Assembly (NCBI GenBank): GCA_000091205.1
Contig: AP006498.2
Length of the DNA: 64,000 nt
Direction: 5' to 3' (one strand)
Origin: Cyanidioschyzon merolae
Lineage: Eukaryota
Position 1 is the first letter of the stretch. Each line of letters starts with the position of its first letter. The notes beneath the pieces are model-generated. The model was not told the origin of the DNA, did not search any database, and worked only from the letters and a program-made list of their open reading frames with translations. Positions 55,096-64,000 of this stretch are shown piece by piece. Made by a program: the position numbers and the translations under genes.

Positions 55096-58065
55096 ATGGA
55101 GTCAGAGCTTCCTTGTATAGTGGTTGGTGGCGGTGTTGCTGGTCTTGGAGCGGCTTGGGCGCTTCACGATGCTGGACACCGCGTGTGCGTGCTGGAGGCG
55201 GATCCGACGCACCTCGGAGGGCACGCCTACACCATGGAAGTGCCTGTCTCGGGCTCCAGCCAAATACCTATAGATGTTGGCTTCATTGTGTATAACACTG
55301 AAGCGTACCCGAACTTGGTCGCCTGGTTCGACGCGCTGGGCGTAGAGACGGAGCCTTCGGACATGTCGTTCTCCGTGTCAGTACCTCGCGGAGCAACCGG
55401 CGGCGCTCGTCTGGAGTGGTCGAGTGATAGTCTCTGGACTTTATTCGGCGATAGGCGCAACGTGTTATGTCTGCAGTTTTACGGCATGTTGCGGGATCTG
55501 CTGCGATTCAATAAGGAGGCTATTGCGCTTCTGGAGACACTACCGCTAGAGCTCACGCTCGAACAGTTCCTGGCACAGGGACGTTATTCTGACGCATTCA
55601 GGGACTGGTACCTGACGCCAATGGTTGCTGCCGTATGGTCGAGCTCCCCCAGTGAAGTGCTGCATTTTCCTGCGCGATCCATCCTGGCATTCTTCCGGAA
55701 CCATGGATTCCTCCGGATCTTTGGGCGTCCACAATGGCGCACCGTTCGCGGCCGCAGTCAGGCCTACACCAGCCGAGTGATGCAGGCCTTAACCAGTCCA
55801 TCACAGGCCAATGGTGTGGTATCTGAAGTTCGACTGGGCGCGCGCGTGACCCGCGTGCTTGAACGAAAACAGGATAAGGCTGTCGTCGTCGTCGAGCTAG
55901 AGGATGGTCAAGTTGTGCGCGGCTCTAGAGTAATCTTCGCCACGCACGCTGACGAAACATTGCGACTGCTCGCAGAATGGGCGACACCGGAGGAACGCGC
56001 CTTTCTATCCGCCTTCGAATACGTCGAAAACGAGATTGTCATCCACCGCGACGCGCGCTTCATGCCCCAACGACGTAGTCTGTGGAGCTCGTGGAACTTT
56101 GTCCCACAGGAGGACGGCCGCGCACAAGTGGAGGCAGCGTCAACATGCAAGGTCCAGGTCACGTACTTGCTCAATCGTTTACAGAATCTGCCGAAAGACG
56201 TGCCGCCTCTGTTCGAGACACTCAACCCAGCATTTCCGCCCGAAGAGGAGCTGGTACTCGCTCGTCTGCGTCTTGCGCATCCGATGCTGACGCGGGAAGC
56301 GGTTCTTGCCCAGACTCAGTATCGCGAATCGCTTCTGCGAGACGGTTGCAAACGAGATATTTATTTCGCAGGGGCGTACTGCGGCTACGGCTTCCACGAG
56401 GACGCCCTGACATCCGGCCTGGAAGTGGCACAGTGCATCACAGAGCTGCCGATGCGATCGCTGCTAAAGCAAACCGCGTCGCCAGCTGACAACAAGCACC
56501 GGCGAGCGTTGAACAATCACCAGGGTGCATTACCCCCGGCACGTGTATCTCTCTCCGGCACCGTTGGTCGAGCAGTTCACGCAAACGTGCTCAGCTATCT
56601 CCAACGCTCAATACGTTACGGTTCACTCATTGTGGTCCTGCCTGACGGTACAGAGCATGTTTGTGGCACGCTCAAAGTTAGCGCATCGGATAACCCGCAC
56701 CTTCACCGTTTACTGGTTACATACGGGCTGAACGAGTCGCCCGTGCGCGTGCATATCCGACGATACGACTTTTTTTGGCGCGTTGTCTCCGGTGCCGATA
56801 TCGGGTTCGCCGAGGCCTTCATCGCCGGCGACTGTGATGTCGGCGGCTGGACGTCGCGACACGGCGCTGTGTACACCTGCGCTGGCACCGAGCTAGTGCG
56901 TCTGTTCAAGTTGTTTATCCTGAATCGGGACGAGGGAGCGCTTTCTCCCGCCAAACTCGGTCTCGCAGCGCGCCTAGGCATGTGGTATAACGCAGCCCTG
57001 CACCTTGTATGGCGACGGAATACCCTCCGAGGCAGTCAGAAGAACATTGAATCGCATTATGATTTAAGCAATGACTTGTTTGCTACATTTCTAGGCGATC
57101 TCTGGGTATACTCTTGCGCGCTGTGGGCGCGTCCCGATATGGATTTGGACGAAGCCCAGCGAGCCAAACTGCAGCGCATCATCGAGAAACTCCGCCTCGA
57201 TACCGCGGAGTCTGTGCTGGAGATTGGTTGCGGCTGGGGTGCGCTCGCGATAGAGATTGCCCGCCAGTATCCCAGGGTGCGTGTGTTGGGCATTACGCTC
57301 TCCAGAGAACAGCTGCGGCACGCGCAGGCGTGGGCGGCTCGCGTTGGTGTCGCTGATCGTGTCACTTTCCGTCTGGAGGATTATCGAACGCTGACCCGAA
57401 TGCCAAAAGAGGAAGTGGCGCGTGGCGACGCCGCACAAGCTGGGCGCCCGGTGGATTCGCGTAATGGCCTGATGAAGACGGCAGCCGTCGGGGGCCACGG
57501 ACGCCACGACCTCACCTTCGACCGGATAGTCAGCATCGAGATGCTTGAAGCGGTAGGGCATGAATTCCTCGGGGACTTTTTCGCCGCATGTGATCGCCTC
57601 TTGTCACCGAGTGGACTTGTTGTGGTGCAAGTCATTACAACGCCGGAAGTGCGTTACGAAAGCTACCGCAAGTCATCGGACTTTATCAACAAGCATATCT
57701 TCCCCGGCAGCTGTTGCCCTTCGTTCCATGCGCTGGTTCATGCCTGTGCAGTGGCTGCACCAGCGCTCAGCGTAGTCGATGTCGAGAGCATTGGTGTTCA
57801 CTACGCACCAACGCTGGCGTCTTGGCAGCAGCGTTTCATGGAAAACCTTGGTCGAGTTCGCCAGCTAGGATTCTCTGAGGCATTTATACGCAAGTTTCTC
57901 TACTATTTGAGTTACTGCGAGGCGGGCTTTGCGACTCGGACGTTAGATGATCTGCAAATCGTCTTTTCGCGCCCTGGAAACGTACTGAGCCTGGGGGGCG
58001 AGCCCCGAGTCTCCACCGTAGCCAGGTACCGAGAGCGCGGCGCGCTCGACAGCTCAACGAGCTAG
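55096..58065 (+). CDS. FAD-dependent amine-oxidase-like domain fused to a cyclopropane-fatty-acyl-phospholipid synthase (CFAS, SAM-dependent methyltransferase) domain. This is the plant-type cyclopropane synthase architecture.
   Basis: The N-terminal Rossmann motif is CIVVGGGVAGLGAAWAL. The C-terminal half has the CFAS hallmarks VLEIGCGWGALAIEIARQYPRVRVLGITLSREQLRHAQ and FDRIVSIEMLEAVGHE. The ORF track start at 54940 is a GTG, and the first ATG is at 55096. Confidence 0.75.
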   Translation: MESELPCIVVGGGVAGLGAAWALHDAGHRVCVLEADPTHLGGHAYTMEVPVSGSSQIPIDVGFIVYNTEAYPNLVAWFDALGVETEPSDMSFSVSVPRGATGGARLEWSSDSLWTLFGDRRNVLCLQFYGMLRDLLRFNKEAIALLETLPLELTLEQFLAQGRYSDAFRDWYLTPMVAAVWSSSPSEVLHFPARSILAFFRNHGFLRIFGRPQWRTVRGRSQAYTSRVMQALTSPSQANGVVSEVRLGARVTRVLERKQDKAVVVVELEDGQVVRGSRVIFATHADETLRLLAEWATPEERAFLSAFEYVENEIVIHRDARFMPQRRSLWSSWNFVPQEDGRAQVEAASTCKVQVTYLLNRLQNLPKDVPPLFETLNPAFPPEEELVLARLRLAHPMLTREAVLAQTQYRESLLRDGCKRDIYFAGAYCGYGFHEDALTSGLEVAQCITELPMRSLLKQTASPADNKHRRALNNHQGALPPARVSLSGTVGRAVHANVLSYLQRSIRYGSLIVVLPDGTEHVCGTLKVSASDNPHLHRLLVTYGLNESPVRVHIRRYDFFWRVVSGADIGFAEAFIAGDCDVGGWTSRHGAVYTCAGTELVRLFKLFILNRDEGALSPAKLGLAARLGMWYNAALHLVWRRNTLRGSQKNIESHYDLSNDLFATFLGDLWVYSCALWARPDMDLDEAQRAKLQRIIEKLRLDTAESVLEIGCGWGALAIEIARQYPRVRVLGITLSREQLRHAQAWAARVGVADRVTFRLEDYRTLTRMPKEEVARGDAAQAGRPVDSRNGLMKTAAVGGHGRHDLTFDRIVSIEMLEAVGHEFLGDFFAACDRLLSPSGLVVVQVITTPEVRYESYRKSSDFINKHIFPGSCCPSFHALVHACAVAAPALSVVDVESIGVHYAPTLASWQQRFMENLGRVRQLGFSEAFIRKFLYYLSYCEAGFATRTLDDLQIVFSRPGNVLSLGGEPRVSTVARYRERGALDSSTS

Positions 58066-58585
58066 TGTGCCGGTGTCGTTCGCAACACTCTGTCCGACGA
58101 GGTCCAGCGTAGTGACCCATGCGTGAGCCGCGAGACGCTGTGTAGCACGCCGGTACGCATGGCGGGAGTCAGGCGTTCGGACTTGCGCACATGTCAAGTG
58201 CAGTCTCCGCGATACGCGTAATGCAGTCCTGGGGATGCACGCGTGCTCACGGTATGGAGGGCTGGTCTGACTGCAGCGCGCCCTGACAGTCTTGTTCCGC
58301 AGCACAGTACCTGAACTCGGATGGGAGGCTGCAACTTGGCGCTCTCTCACTCCTTTGATGAGATAGCGTATTCGCAAGCCAATGTATCGTTTTCGTGAAC
58401 AACTCGATTCTGGAGGCTACGGCAGCCGGGCATGCGCATACGAAGGATTCGTGTGCAGCTTGGGGCGCTTTTGGCTCGATCGCTGGCACCGCAGCGCAGT
58501 GTCGAGCGCGGTACCGCCTGCATGCATTCGTACACACGTACGCTGTACATACTTGGAATGAAAATGCAATATTTCCCGAAAGTGT

Positions 58586-59929
58586 TTACATGTGCGACGC
58601 GGGCACCTCATGTGGGCGAGCGCGCCGTCCCCGCGGTCGACGCATTACGAGTCGCACAGGCCGCAACAGAACACGCACCAGCGCCCGCAACAAGTTGACC
58701 AGATATATGCCTGGCTGCGCAATAGCAACGATAAGCGCAATGAGCCGCGCAAGCAATGTTTGCGTGCCCTGCGGATGCGGATAGAACGGAAATCCCCGAA
58801 AGTACAGTTTTGCGGCTTCGTAATGAATAGCAACCATCGCCTGCAGGGTTATCAGCGGATATACGAGCAGGCAGAGGACCATATTCATTGCGGTCAACTC
58901 AACCCGATGTAGTTTCAAACTGGCACCAAAAAACTTTTGGAATCCGCTTGGGGATGCGGATGCATCTCCGTTCGCTGTCGGTTGCCGCTGCAGGAGCTCA
59001 ACGAAGACTCGCAGCTGCCGGCACCCTGGCTGAGAGAATAACCATCTGTACTCGATGCCCTCCATCGCAATAAACGGTGAAACATGGAATTCCTTCGGAT
59101 GCACGACACTGATCACAAAGCACGGCGAGGAGGGCGTGCCCCCGTTCAGCGACGCACCGCTATCGACTCGCGACATGGGTCGCGGGCACCATCGCCAAGC
59201 CGAGGCGGAAGAAGTGCCCGTGGAGGCCGCCGCCGCCACCTCCTGCGAAGAGGCCCCTTCGACTGCCGCTGCCGTTGTTGTCACCGAGGAGCACGCGTGC
59301 CGCTTCTCGTTGCCAGCGAGTTTGTGATAACGATCGCCATCGGTTGCCGGCTGGATACAATCCTCGTTTTCGTCGTCTGGTGGCATCTGGGCTGCATCGT
59401 TGAGACTATTCGTCCGCGAAAACGGTGGCCATGCAACTGAAGAATATTCTCTCGCACGAAGCACATATGCATGCTGTTCAAACCATGGGATATTATTCAC
59501 CTCAGCCACAATGTATTCGACATTTTTCCCGTCTTCGTCGAGAATATAATAGAAGGATACCGGGTTGAAGGCGATGCCGAGGTAAGTGAGGTGCGTCAGC
59601 AAACAAACCCGTCCTTTGGGGGCACTTTCAAGGCGCAGTTCACGCTGCACATAGCGCCGCACAGCAACAGCGAGTAGTTCCGCTTCAGAACCAGCTCCAA
59701 GTGCTGACTTTTCAGGGCCCAGCTCTCGCAGGTGGTGCTTGCTGCGAAACCATGCCACTGCTGGCAACCAGCGCCTTGCACTAAAAAGCGGCCACCAAGG
59801 AAACCGCCAACGCTCCCTCGCCAACTCGTCCAAGTCCAAATAAACCATAAAAAGTGCATAGGAGAACTGGTACGCAGCCGGGTAGCGCCGTGAGTGCGTG
59901 ACGCTCCCACAGTAGAGCGCGGAACGCAT
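58586..59929 (-). CDS. DUF1365-family protein, the bacterial partner of the CFAS/amine-oxidase operon. It carries a low-complexity insertion. The ORF extends upstream to 60337, but that extra region is a translated (CAG)n run.
   Basis: MRSALYCGSVTHSRRYPAAYQFSYALFMVYLDLDEL...GRVCLLTHLTYLGIAFNPVSFYYILDEDGKNVEYIVAEVNNIPWFEQHAYVL matches the DUF1365 consensus (G.V.H.R..P..H.F.Y..f...lDLDEL ... LLT.lr.lGy.FNPvsfyyc...l.a.vaEV.NTP.gErh.Yvl). It is convergent with the CFAS gene, with 520 bp between them. Confidence 0.65.
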   Translation of the reverse strand: MRSALYCGSVTHSRRYPAAYQFSYALFMVYLDLDELARERWRFPWWPLFSARRWLPAVAWFRSKHHLRELGPEKSALGAGSEAELLAVAVRRYVQRELRLESAPKGRVCLLTHLTYLGIAFNPVSFYYILDEDGKNVEYIVAEVNNIPWFEQHAYVLRAREYSSVAWPPFSRTNSLNDAAQMPPDDENEDCIQPATDGDRYHKLAGNEKRHACSSVTTTAAAVEGASSQEVAAAASTGTSSASAWRWCPRPMSRVDSGASLNGGTPSSPCFVISVVHPKEFHVSPFIAMEGIEYRWLFSQPGCRQLRVFVELLQRQPTANGDASASPSGFQKFFGASLKLHRVELTAMNMVLCLLVYPLITLQAMVAIHYEAAKLYFRGFPFYPHPQGTQTLLARLIALIVAIAQPGIYLVNLLRALVRVLLRPVRLVMRRPRGRRARPHEVPASHM

Positions 59930-60163
59930 CGCAGCGCGCCCGGCAACGACCGACGATCGAGTCGCCCGCCAAAACGCTGTCAACGTGGATTTACTGCAGT
60001 ACCAAAACACTTGGAAGAAAGAACGAAGCACGTACGTACGCACGTAAACAAAATAGCCCTTGGCTTCGATACCAACGCGTATCACTGCAGAAGCGCCCCG
60101 GCAGACATGCGCTGAGAGGCATCCGGCATCTACGGTGTACCGCCGCCGCTGCGAGTACGCCGG

Positions 60164-60194
<31 letters not shown>

Positions 60195-60195
60195 C
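60164..60195. repeat. (CAG)n microsatellite.
   Basis: Direct read. Confidence 0.85.
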
Positions 60196-60329
60196 CGCGC
60201 CATCCGCAGGGCAGCGTACGGAGCGGCAGGCACTGGTGCGATCGCTGTCCAATGATGGGCAGTTTCTCGAAGACGAAACGTTCACGTGGACCATGGATCC
60301 CAGATTGTGGGGTAGATATTCGCGCTGGG

Positions 60330-60660
60330 GAAAGCATCCACGAATCTGTACTCTGCCTTCAAGTTCGGTTCCTTACTCTTGCTCTAGGATATTCTGGTGG
60401 TTTTGTACGTAATATCGAGCGTCGAGTGCCTGCTCTGAGTATCCACGAAACTGTACTCTGCCTTCAAGTTCGGTTACTTACTCTTGCTCTAGGATATTCT
60501 GGTGGTTTTGTACGTAATATCGAGCGTCGAGTGCCTGCTCTGAGCATCCACGAATCTGTACTCTGCCTTCAAGTTCGATTACTTACTCTTGCTCTAGGAT
60601 ATTCTGGTGGTTTCGTACGTAATATCGAGCGTCGAGTGCCTGCTCTGAGCATCCGCCGGA
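60330..60660. repeat. Tandem repeat of about 108 bp x3, derived from the 5' part of the element module (…CAAGTTCGGTTCCTTACTCTTGCTCTAGGATATTCTGGTGGTTTTGTACGTAATATCGAGCGTCGAGTGCCTGC…).
   Basis: The unit anchors ATCCACGAA(T/A)CTGTACTCTGCC recur at 60335, 60440 and 60545. The unit is homologous to the single-copy stretch CAAGTTCCATTGCTTGTACTTCCTCTCGG...GAACAGAGTGCCTGC of the copy 3 left arm. ORF 60252..60800, with three repeated peptides, is an artefact. Confidence 0.85.
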
Positions 60661-61709
60661 GCGGTTATATATCGCTGGTGCAGATGCATCATAGAGACGG
60701 AAATGCTCTGCCGTACCACTGGGGGTGTCGGCTCGAGGTATCTTTAAATCAGCACGGAATCGGAGTACGTAATCATTCGGGGAGTCAGCAAGCTGCGTAG
60801 ACATACCTACTGCCTGAGGCAGCACGGCGCGGTATACGAAGATACTACGGCAAGCAGGGCGACGCCGAGACGCAGCATACCCGCTCCTGGTCCCAGAATG
60901 AACTGCGTTGTGGACGAGTTGCTCAGCTCTTGCTCCAGCGCTAGGCATTGGGCGGGCCTGACGTACGAGCTTGAGAGACATGTCCGGCTCGCGGTGCCTA
61001 CCGCCGAAAAGGTAAACTTTCGAAACTATGCGAACCTTCTCCCCCTTTTTCAAAGTTTATCGTGGAGGGCGAGACAAATCGGTATCTCGTTGCTAGTCTG
61101 TGGATAGTTTCTATACTATTTTCTAGATAGCGCTGTCGATACGCGCACCTCCATATCTGGCAGGCATGATGTACGATGCTCATGTCGCTGTTGGAAGGAA
61201 ACGCGATCTTGATATTTCGCTTGTTGCTCTAACGGACAAGCTGTATGTGCGCTGATGTCGTAGCAAAGTCTAGCTTTTCAGTTCCATTGTGTTTCGACCC
61301 CCAAGTCTGTGTACTCAAATGCTTTTTCGCGGTTTACAGCAGAATTGTTCGAACAGCGTTCTTTTTCAAAAACATAAAAAAGGAAAGTTCTGGAAATCGA
61401 AGTGGAGGATCCTGGAGACGCAGTATCGCCGGCTGCCAGAAAAAACAAAAAACAGTGCCGAGCAAAGACGAACAAGATAAGACCATGAAGCAAAAAGGGG
61501 TGGGGTGGTCCGACGTCAGGATCTGCGCGAACGACGACAGAACGACGAGACGTTCGTGAAAGCGTGTCTTCTTGGCCATACCAAGGATCCGTACAAGCAA
61601 AAGTTGCAAGAGGCCACAAGAAACCGTGTCGAGTCGCAATCGATGAGTGTTATATAGGCGTCGTCAGGAGAAATGCATTTAGTGAAGGACATAAATCGCG
61701 ATGTGACGG

Positions 61710-63586
61710 ATGTCAAAACAGTCTAGGCTCCGGAGGATTTTTCAGCGAAAGCTTTATTCATCATCTGATGGTTTGCACAGGGAAACGTCGAGGAGAAATG
61801 AGCATGTGCACGCTCTCCACGAAAATTACGCCAAATGCCGCTTGAAGGGTGCTCGATACAAGGCTGACTCGCGTATTTACGAACACGGGACGATGAAGCA
61901 CCTCACGAACCTGGAGAATCGCGTGATCGTGAAACCCGAACGCTCCATGATACGCCCCATCTTTGCGCTGTACCCGGGCCCGTCTCGCAAAGGGATACGG
62001 GCCATCGTCGGTGGCATCACGATCGATAGTAGGCATGCGTGGGAGATCGAGTTTGTCGAAAAGAAGACATCACGCAGAAGAAAGAATGAAGGTTCTGTAA
62101 TCCGTGCGGCTACTCGAGAGCATCGTGCGGTCTTGGGGCTAGTCGACCCAGCAGAAAAGGTATCAGGATCGAAAGAAGATGAAGAAAGATGGGATCACCT
62201 CATGCTGCGCTATTTCGTGTTTTTCGGACCGAGAACTCGAACGCAAGGCCGAAAATGAGCAGGGTGTGGATGCAAATGAAGCGTCGGAGACGCGGAAGGC
62301 TGAGCTTCTGGAGAAGCGCTTCAACGTCGTTCTGTTATGCGAGATCAAGTCACATTTTGTGACAGTCGACTCCAGAGCCCTTGACGGCATCATGCAGGAG
62401 ATCAGTTCGGGGTTAGGTGTCAGCACGAACGAGGTTACGGGCGAAAACCGGGAAACTCATTGAAGGAGTATCATCGATTTCAAACTTCTCAAAACGAGCA
62501 AGAAAAAGGAATTTACGGGGATGTTCGAAAGCGATGGGGTATCCATATGTCGACACTATCGGCGCTTGAAGGCAGACCGTCCAGTTCGGCCCTCGGCTTC
62601 GTCCTCGGCGAACCATGAAGAAAACAAGGAGGCGGATCCTGCGACGCAGGAGGTGGAGGAGAACGACTTTATGGTTGGCGCGGCGAAGCATAAAGATGGG
62701 ATGGAGGCGGGTCCTTCGCCGCAGGACATAGAGGATACCGACTTGTCGCTGGCGCAGACCCCGGAAACACAAAGATCATAACTATCGCTGTGTCCATGCG
62801 TGCGGAAGATGGTAACGAGGGTAACTTACGTCGGAGAGACATGCGTCTGTGGAGGTTCTCGAGAGCAAGAGACTAAAGAGAATCCGGTATAATGAATGCG
62901 AGGAAGAACATCGAGATGTGGAATGCAGGAATGAAAGAGCACCTGGAAACTATGAGCCAGGTGACGAGCCGCGGAGCGGACTTGAAATCTTTTCTGAAAT
63001 CCATGGAGGTTCGCGTTGCTCATTGGGAGGCGCTGTGAAAAGAATATACAAAACCCCGGTGGGCTCGTCTGCGTATGAATCTGTACAGTGGAAGCAGCGG
63101 GCATTCGCGAATTTTTTCAATGAGTTGAGCGCCTTGAAGGAGGATGAAAGTCAGAGGCTCGTAGTAGCATACGGAGCAGGACGATGGAAGACCCAACAAG
63201 GGACTACGCCAGCTCCAACGACGAGAATGTATAACGGGTGTGCAAGGCGTTTCGCTACGATACCTGTAGATGGATTCCGAACGTCCTCTACACACCATGA
63301 ACTGGGCTGTACACTTCAGAGGGCAGAGGTGGAAAAGTGCCAGCGGAGCCCTGAGGCTATAAAAAAGTACGGACCGCTGACGGAAGAGCAAATGGAAACG
63401 AGGGCGAAACTTCGAGGATTGCTTGCACTAGTGCGTACAAGCGGCGACAAGAAATGTATGGAGTTTGTTAACCGAGACTTTCACGCCGCTATCAATATAA
63501 GGAGATGCGCGGTGATCGAAAGAAGACCCCCCAGAGTTGACAAGAGAGAATTTTGTGGGGGAGCCTCTCAAAGTGGAATTATATGA
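61710..63586 (+). pseudogene. Fanzor-like nuclease gene of copy 4. RuvC-I Asp is lost (FMVGAAKHKD against FVVGADPEN). The C-terminal part is intact, with RTSSTHHELGC and [13 protein letters not shown] (Asp near 63479). At least three frameshifts are present.
   Basis: Alignment to copies 2 and 3 is block by block. Confidence 0.7.
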
Positions 63587-64000
63587 GAAAAAGTTGGAAC
63601 CAGTAGTAGGTAGCCGGTCCAAAAATACTGGGAGGCGTCTGCGCGTCAGCCGGAGACCTCTTGTCTAGGGCGCGGGTCACTCGCCACTACTGAACACCGC
63701 TGGCGGCAACGTTCTTCTTTTGAAAGGCGTTTGCTTTGCTTTGTCAAATAGCATGGATGTGGTCGCTGTACTGTACATACCCATTTTTCTCGGATTTCGG
63801 ACGCGCTGGATGGACGCCTTTTCAAGTTCGATTTCTGTTTTATGCATCCACGATTCCTTGGGTAGCATGTCGGCACCGTTTGCACCGCGAGCGTGCCCGC
63901 AGACCTAAGCGCGCCTTTCCATTCTCTCGTGCACGCGGGCGGGTAGCTAGAGACCAGTTCAGTAATCGTGAAGTGAAAGAAAGCCTCGTCGGAGAACTTT

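Larger units (their letters stand above)
60272..63648 (+). mobile_element. Fanzor/TnpB-like nuclease element, copy 4. It carries a 108-bp triplication in its 5' module, and its ORF is broken into at least four frames.
   Basis: The 5' terminus GACGAAACGTTCACGTGGACCATGGATCCCAGATTG is at about 60275. The module runs 60330-61090. The 5' motif GCGCTGTCGATACGCGCACCTCCATATCTGG is at 61130. ORF fragments are 61710..62258, 62179..62463, 62521..62781 and 62849..63586. The tail ...GGCGTCTGCGCGTCAG ends at about 63648. Confidence 0.75.

Noticed and set aside
60252-60800. ORF encoding a peptide repeated three times (IHESVLCLQVRLLTLALGYSGGFVRNIERRVPALS).
   Set aside because: It is the translation of the 108-bp tandem DNA repeat inside the transposon module. 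The unit is non-coding in the other copies.
1-64000. Interpretation of the window as a prokaryotic or organellar contig. It is GC-rich, and there are a TnpB-like gene, a DUF1365/CFAS neighbourhood and a YqgE homologue.
   Set aside because: Rpb3, RFC3, CAF-1 p60 and UTP13 with their eukaryote-specific domains, an ABCD peroxisomal-type transporter, an intron with an in-frame stop in the lipase gene, and abundant trinucleotide microsatellites all point to nuclear eukaryotic DNA.

Overview
The window is nuclear DNA from a GC-rich, intron-poor eukaryote. It carries housekeeping genes with clear eukaryotic orthology (RNA polymerase II subunit Rpb3, RFC small subunit, CAF-1 p60, UTP13/TBL3, a peroxisomal-type ABCD transporter) and at least one gene with an in-frame intron. 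I cannot assign a taxon from sequence alone.

The single-copy genes I can support are:
- a multi-pass transmembrane class-3 lipase (spliced);
- a DASS/ArsB-superfamily anion transporter;
- an ABCD half-transporter;
- CAF-1 p60;
- a CBSX3-like CBS-pair protein;
- an alpha/beta hydrolase;
- a PaaI/THEM2-like hotdog thioesterase;
- a GYF-domain protein;
- a YqgE/AlgH (DUF179) protein;
- an LMBR1-like membrane protein;
- UTP13/TBL3;
- Rpb3, which has a long Tyr/Ala/Gln-rich low-complexity tail;
- RFC3;
- an FAD-oxidase–cyclopropane-fatty-acid-synthase fusion, sitting tail-to-tail with a DUF1365 gene.

The most striking content is a repeated element family of about 3.1–3.9 kb, present in four copies plus one or two degenerate remnants (about 6.6–8.8 kb, 24.95–28.05 kb, 35.7–39.5 kb, 60.3–63.65 kb, and remnants at 31.5–33.5 kb). 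Each copy encodes a protein of about 600–700 aa whose C-terminal half carries the hallmarks of TnpB/Fanzor-type RuvC nucleases, the proposed eukaryotic RNA-guided OMEGA effectors. These hallmarks are a G[AV]DP RuvC-I block, an IDEFR[AT]S block with a Cys/His-rich stretch, and an unmistakable RDFHAAINIRRC RuvC-III motif. Every copy has the same layout: a conserved 5' terminus (AAACGCGTTTCCATGG-like), a module of about 650 bp, a conserved 5' motif (ATAGCGCGGTCGATACGCGCACCTCCATATCTGG), a leader of about 430 bp, the nuclease ORF, and a conserved tail of about 65 bp ending in GTCTGCACGTCGG. Copy 3 is bracketed by about 98%-identical inverted repeats of about 650 bp made from the 5' module. Copy 4 has a 108-bp triplication inside that module. 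All copies have at least one frameshift or nonsense interruption. Copy 2 is nearly intact, with one frameshift between RuvC-II and RuvC-III. Copies sit right next to host genes: in the 3' UTR of the transporter, about 110 bp upstream of the thioesterase, and about 340 bp upstream of DUF1365.

The window also contains several minisatellites (79-bp x3, 69-bp x4, 108-bp x3, 45-bp x2) and many trinucleotide microsatellites. The ORF track includes non-ATG (GTG/TTG) starts, so I re-derived several gene starts from the first in-frame ATG.
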